Shown here in pieces: positions 59,407 to 64,000 of a stretch of 64,000 nt of DNA. Made by a program: the position numbers and the translations under genes. Positions within the stretch are counted from its first letter, which is position 1. Every line of letters begins with the position of its first letter. The DNA comes from Alkalispirochaeta sp. (GTDB taxonomy: Bacteria; Spirochaetota; Spirochaetia; DSM-27196; Alkalispirochaetaceae). The notes beneath the pieces are model-generated. The model made no database searches, was not told where the DNA came from, and was given only the letters and a program-made list of their open reading frames with translations. The stretch covers positions 1 to 64,000 of the forward strand of contig CBDESZ010000001.1 in the NCBI GenBank assembly GCA_965242725.1. Reading direction: 5' to 3'.

Positions 59407-60489
59407 TCAGCCGTCCCATCCGTAATCACGACGGTCCTTCCAGGGACTTCCACTTTCGTACCGCTCGGGATGCAATACCTTTGGTCTCGGATCTTCGGCG
59501 ACATCCAGCTGCATTACCATCCACTTTGGATAGGGTGTACCGGGATCACTTGCCTCGTTGAGTTCCTTTACATCCTGGTCCGTCAAGAGAACATCGGTCG
59601 CGGCAATATTGTCCGCCAGGTGTTCTTTTTTACGTCCCGCAATGATGACGCTGGAAACGGCCGGCTGGGCAAGTATCCAGGCGAGAGAGATCCTGGCGAC
59701 GCTCACGCCGTGGCGGTCTGCAACTTTTTTTGCGGCCTCGACGACGTTGTAACCCATCTCTTTGTCAAAAGGCACAAAATTACCGTTCTCGCCAAACCGG
59801 GTCCCCTCCGGTGCCGGCTTTCCGCTTTCGTACTTACCGCTCAGGAAGCCGCCGGCAAGGGGGCTCCAGACCAGAATTCCCAGATCGTGATATTCCGCCA
59901 TCGACTGAAAATCAAACTCCAGACCCCGTCCGACGAGACTGTAGTACATCTGGGCAGTGACGAAACGGTTCAATCCCAACCGTTCCTGCATACCCACCGC
60001 TGTTGCTCCCTGCCAGGAAAGGTAATTGCTGAAACCGATGTAGCGCACTTTCCCCTGACGGACCAGATCGTCCATGGCGCGCAGCGTCTCCTCCAGAGGG
60101 GTGTTGCTGTCCCAACCATGAAGCTGAAACAGGTCGATGTAGTCCGTCTGCAGACGCTTCAGACTGCTCTCTATTCCCCGGATGATATTTACACGGGTGG
60201 CACCGCTCCTGTTGAAGTTGTCACTCATCGGTAACCGGCACTTTGTAGCAAGCACGAGGTCATCCCGCTTTCCCTGTATCGCCTTCCCGATAAACTCTTC
60301 GCTTTGTCCGAGTGAATAGACATCGGCAGTGTCAATGAAATTGATTCCCTGATCCAGAGCAAATCCGACGAGGTCATTGGTCGCCTTCTGGTCGAGGTTT
60401 CCCATATTCATCTTCTGACCGAACTGCATCGTTCCAAGAGCGACTTCGCTTACTATAAGTCCGCTGTGTCCCAATCGTCTGTACTTCAT
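59407..60489 (-). CDS. Aldo/keto reductase
   Basis: LGTM, DTADVY, LATK, DLFQLH and WSPLAGG motifs. Confidence 0.93.
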   Translation of the reverse strand: MKYRRLGHSGLIVSEVALGTMQFGQKMNMGNLDQKATNDLVGFALDQGINFIDTADVYSLGQSEEFIGKAIQGKRDDLVLATKCRLPMSDNFNRSGATRVNIIRGIESSLKRLQTDYIDLFQLHGWDSNTPLEETLRAMDDLVRQGKVRYIGFSNYLSWQGATAVGMQERLGLNRFVTAQMYYSLVGRGLEFDFQSMAEYHDLGILVWSPLAGGFLSGKYESGKPAPEGTRFGENGNFVPFDKEMGYNVVEAAKKVADRHGVSVARISLAWILAQPAVSSVIIAGRKKEHLADNIAATDVLLTDQDVKELNEASDPGTPYPKWMVMQLDVAEDPRPKVLHPERYESGSPWKDRRDYGWDG

Positions 60490-60644
60490 CTGTTGCTCCT
60501 TATGTATGATTTTGTATATCTATTGTAGTATCACTGTGTACGAGGTCAAGGATACAAAACGTCGGGCCGGCAAACGGACATCCTACATAAGAAAATCCAT
60601 TCATTTCCCTGCATCTGCGATCAACAGACACTTTCTGATATAGT

Positions 60645-62510
60645 GTGACCGCCATGACCGGCGACGCAAAGAACCTCCTGAAAAAGACCTTCGGCTTCTC
60701 ATCATTCAGACCTCATCAGGAAGATATCGTGGCGGCGATACTGGACCATCGTGACGTCTTTGCCGCGCTGCCCACCGGCGGCGGCAAGTCCCTCTGTTAC
60801 CAGCTGCCTTCGCTGCTCCTGCCGAATCTGACCGTCGTGGTGAGCCCCTTGATCGCCCTCATGGAGGATCAGGTGACGGCGGCGCGGCAGATGGGGATTC
60901 CCGCCTCGTATCTCAACAGCACCCTCGGTGAGGAGGAGGCACGCTCGCTCTACCGGGAGATACACGCCGGTGTGATAAAACTTCTCTACGTTTCGCCGGA
61001 ACGACTTTCCCAGCCGAGATTTCGGGAAGCCCTTCACGGTTGGGGGGTATCGCTTTTCGCCATTGACGAGGCGCACTGTATCTCCGAGTGGGGCCACGAG
61101 TTTCGTCCGGAGTACCGGAACCTCACGGTTCTGCGATCCGAGTTTCCCGACGCGACGCTCGCGGCGTTCACCGCGACGGCCACACCTCGTGTACAGAATG
61201 ATGTTGTGTCGCTCCTCTCCCTCCGGGATGCCCACCTCGTTCGGGGTAATTTTGACCGCAGGGAAATATTCTACCGGGTAGCTCGCAAGGAACGGGTCAA
61301 CCGTCAGATCCACGACTTTATCGTCCGCCACTCGGACGAACCGGGCATCGTCTATCGCGCCACCCGCCGCTCCGTGGACGATACCGCCGCCTTTCTGGAG
61401 AACCACGGCGTTTCCGCACTGCCCTACCATGCAGGCCTTTCCGACGGGAATCGTCGGAGCAATCAGGCGGCGTTTGTCCGGGACGAAGTACAGGTGATTG
61501 TCGCAACCATCGCCTTCGGTATGGGCATAGACAAATCAAATGTGCGCTGGGTCGTCCACGGCGACCTGCCGCGGAGCGTTGAGGCGTACTATCAGGAGAC
61601 GGGCCGGGCGGGCCGTGACGGAGAGGACGCCGACACATGCCTGTTCTACGCCCCGGCGGACATCGCAAAGATCCGCTATCACATCGACCGCATGGAGGTC
61701 GACCGGGAACGGGAACAGGCGGAAGAGAACCTCAAGGAGGTGCTTCGATTTGTGGACTCCACGGTGTGCCGCCGGACACAGCTGTTACGACACTTCGGGC
61801 AGCAGCACGACGGTACATGTAACCGATGCGATGTCTGCACCACCACATCCACCATGGAGGACTGCACCAGGGAGGCACAAATGGTCATGTCCGCCATGGT
61901 GCGCACCGGCGAACGCTTCGGTACCCACCACGTAATCGATGTGGTGACCGGCACCACCGGGGATCGCATACAACGGCTCGGTCATGACGGATTGCCGACC
62001 TTCGGGGTCGGTGCGGACCGTTCGCGGTCGTGGTGGATACGCCTGACTGCGGATATGGAAGCGGCGAATCTCGTGGAACGTCGCGACGGGGAGCGCAGCG
62101 GCCTCCGACTCACCCGACGGGGAAAGGATGTGCTCTCCGGACGGGAACATTTCCGGCGACTTCACCGGGAGGAGAGCGTTCAGCGTGGCGGCACGGACAG
62201 GAGAAGTACCCCGTCGCCGTCAGGAAGCGCAGACGCGTCCGACGCGGCGGCGACGCTCGCCGAGGAAGAAGGAGACGCCCTCTTTCTCTGTCTCAAGAAG
62301 CTCAGACTCCGTCTTGCCCGGGAAGGTTCCCTTCCGCCCTATTTGATTTTCAGTGACCGCACGCTCCGCTCAATGGTTCAACTTTGTCCGCAGGAACGCC
62401 GGCAGCTGCTCGCCGTCCGTGGTGTGGGAGAACGGAAGGCGGACAGGTACGGCGACGCATTTCTGGAGCGTATCCGGGGATTTCTGGCTACCGGCAGCTG
62501 TCCCGATTGA
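60645..62510 (+). CDS. recQ: ATP-dependent DNA helicase RecQ
   Basis: PTGGGKSLCYQLP, DEAHCISEWGH and QETGRAGRDG; Zn-binding Cys cluster, RQC and HRDC domains. Confidence 0.96.
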   Translation: MTAMTGDAKNLLKKTFGFSSFRPHQEDIVAAILDHRDVFAALPTGGGKSLCYQLPSLLLPNLTVVVSPLIALMEDQVTAARQMGIPASYLNSTLGEEEARSLYREIHAGVIKLLYVSPERLSQPRFREALHGWGVSLFAIDEAHCISEWGHEFRPEYRNLTVLRSEFPDATLAAFTATATPRVQNDVVSLLSLRDAHLVRGNFDRREIFYRVARKERVNRQIHDFIVRHSDEPGIVYRATRRSVDDTAAFLENHGVSALPYHAGLSDGNRRSNQAAFVRDEVQVIVATIAFGMGIDKSNVRWVVHGDLPRSVEAYYQETGRAGRDGEDADTCLFYAPADIAKIRYHIDRMEVDREREQAEENLKEVLRFVDSTVCRRTQLLRHFGQQHDGTCNRCDVCTTTSTMEDCTREAQMVMSAMVRTGERFGTHHVIDVVTGTTGDRIQRLGHDGLPTFGVGADRSRSWWIRLTADMEAANLVERRDGERSGLRLTRRGKDVLSGREHFRRLHREESVQRGGTDRRSTPSPSGSADASDAAATLAEEEGDALFLCLKKLRLRLAREGSLPPYLIFSDRTLRSMVQLCPQERRQLLAVRGVGERKADRYGDAFLERIRGFLATGSCPD

Positions 62511-62534
62511 CGTATCGAAGCGGGGACGACGAAA

Positions 62535-64000
62535 TCATCCTGTTGTTGCTTCAGTGGTCCTGAACCGGGTGACCCGGTGTTCTATTTCCCCGATCGTCTC
62601 GCGATTGGCGTTTGACATTTCATTCACGTTTGTGATCGAAATATTGATCTCCCGCGTGCCGGCCACGATCTCTTCCATGGAGGAACGCATCGCCGCCGTT
62701 GCCTCACTGAGTTCCGATACGACCTGGAGAATCTGGCGATTGGCGCTGCTCATTTCGGATGCACCAACCTGGACGGTACGGGCAATTTCATTGAGCTCAT
62801 TCATGGCGCCACGAATTTCCCGACCGTGCTGCCCCTGAAGTTCAATCTCACCCGAGAGCCGGGCAAAGACATCTTCCACCTCACGGATCGTACCGTCAAC
62901 CTTACCGAGAAGCTCTTTGGTTTGATTGGTACGGCCGACGCTTGTTTCAATATCGGATTCCATACCCTTTATTTCGTCGGCGATACGCCTGGACTGGGTG
63001 GACGATTGGTCGGCGAGTTTCCTGATTTCTTCTGCAACGACGGAAAATCCCCGTCCGCTCTCTCCTGCGTGGGCCGCTTCTATGGCCGCGTTCATCGCAA
63101 GGAGGTTTGTCTGTGCCGCGATGTTCACAACAAATGAGTTGGCCTCCTGCAGCGACCGGGAGCGATTCGTCATTTTTTCCACGGCGGTCTGCATCTCCTC
63201 TGCGGCGTTGTTTCCGTCATCGATACGTTCCCGCAGTGCATGAATCTGTTCACGGGTATTTCCCGAGGTTGCGAGTATTGATTCAACGCCGCCGAGCATT
63301 TTATTGATGGTCTCCGCGGTACGGTCGATAGTCGCGGCTTCACGTTCGACCTGTTCATTGAGAGCGTCTATGTTTCGCGTCAATTCTTCAACTGACGCCG
63401 CCGTTGAGGTTACCTGTCCGCCCTGGTTATCCACCTGTCGAGTCACGCTTTCGATGTTGGCCGTGATTTGATTGACCGCTGCCGCCGTTTCATTCATATT
63501 CGTCGCCAGATCGGTACCCAGGTTCTTCAATGTGCCCACAGACTCTTTCATCCCTGCAATCATCACCTGCAGCGACTCGATAAAGCCGTCAAAACTCCGT
63601 GCGACCTGCCCCACCTCATCGGTGCCGTTAACGGGGAGCCGCTGGGTCAGGTCCGCCGCGCCCGCCGCGATCTCGTTCAGCGCTCCGCTGACATGCGACA
63701 GCGGCCGCATGAGTCGCCGACCGATGAGAAATATCACGACAAAGAATACGATTACCGCAACCAGGGACGCGGCGATCATTGAATAGACAATACGACTCAG
63801 CCGCGTGCGATTGGCGGCGTCGATATCCGAGAGAAGCACCTCGATTTGATCGATATAGTTGCCCGTTCCTACCACCCAGTCAAACGGTTCAAAAAGAAGG
63901 GAGTACCCCCTCTTCGGGAACGCCTCTCCTCCGCCACTCTTGGGAAACCAGTAGTCTGTGTATCCGCCCCCCGGCTGTGACCCCTTCTCGATGATCTCCC
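62535..64000 (-). CDS. Methyl-accepting chemotaxis protein (Cache-TM-HAMP-MA), 5' end outside the window
   Basis: Frame open to the window edge (YWFPK...FEPFDWVVGTG); HAMP; QTNLLAMNAAIEAAHAGESGRGFSVVAEEIRKLA. Confidence 0.95.
   Translation of the reverse strand, partial: EIIEKGSQPGGGYTDYWFPKSGGGEAFPKRGYSLLFEPFDWVVGTGNYIDQIEVLLSDIDAANRTRLSRIVYSMIAASLVAVIVFFVVIFLIGRRLMRPLSHVSGALNEIAAGAADLTQRLPVNGTDEVGQVARSFDGFIESLQVMIAGMKESVGTLKNLGTDLATNMNETAAAVNQITANIESVTRQVDNQGGQVTSTAASVEELTRNIDALNEQVEREAATIDRTAETINKMLGGVESILATSGNTREQIHALRERIDDGNNAAEEMQTAVEKMTNRSRSLQEANSFVVNIAAQTNLLAMNAAIEAAHAGESGRGFSVVAEEIRKLADQSSTQSRRIADEIKGMESDIETSVGRTNQTKELLGKVDGTIREVEDVFARLSGEIELQGQHGREIRGAMNELNEIARTVQVGASEMSSANRQILQVVSELSEATAAMRSSMEEIVAGTREINISITNVNEMSNANRETIGEIEHRVTRFRTTEATTG

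Noticed and set aside
59305..60234. 309-aa plus-strand ORF, and similar long ORFs at 2336-3040, 4251-5102, 53872-54786 and 55276-56127
   Set aside because: Antisense shadows of well-supported genes, expected in GC-rich DNA; no recognisable motifs.
1..64000. tRNA/rRNA genes, riboswitches, IS elements, prophage
   Set aside because: None recognised by eye. Intergenic gaps are short and mostly explained by promoters or hairpins, but a covariance-model search would be needed to exclude small RNAs.

Overview
GC-rich bacterial chromosome segment, probably a free-living spirochaete (inferred from the 'FAGG/FASG'-type binding-protein signal peptides, a Cache-domain chemoreceptor and a DtxR/TroR-type operator). 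It holds about 50 genes. I saw no rRNA, tRNA, CRISPR array or transposase. In order: a frameshifted ABC-2 exporter; an rmuC-GT2-ATP-grasp-NitT/TauT ABC-mtnA-class II aldolase operon; copZ/copA/csoR; a DUF4139 protein; a Fe3+ ABC system with a divergent Omp85-type barrel; sufU-diguanylate cyclase; degP; an unexplained catabolic locus (NagB-like, SIS, PP2C-like, AfuABC-like ABC, ceramidase-like hydrolase, DeoR); a LacI/TctCBA/split-DMT regulon; a ~21 kb sugar-catabolism region (SorC regulator, AcoABC-like complex without E3, UlaE-like epimerase, SgcQ, DeoR, two FGGY kinases flanking an M29 aminopeptidase, AllA-like cupin, LsrB-like ABC, DhaKL, LacI, aldo-keto reductase); recQ; and a partial MCP. 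Best candidate for an undescribed system: the SgcQ/M29-peptidase/FGGY locus, which appears to rebuild the logic of the cryptic E. coli sgc operon from non-homologous parts and has a C9 tract in its promoter spacer. Also notable: many genes look leaderless, and four single-base frameshifts are probably sequencing errors. All family calls come from recognising motifs by eye; no searches were run.
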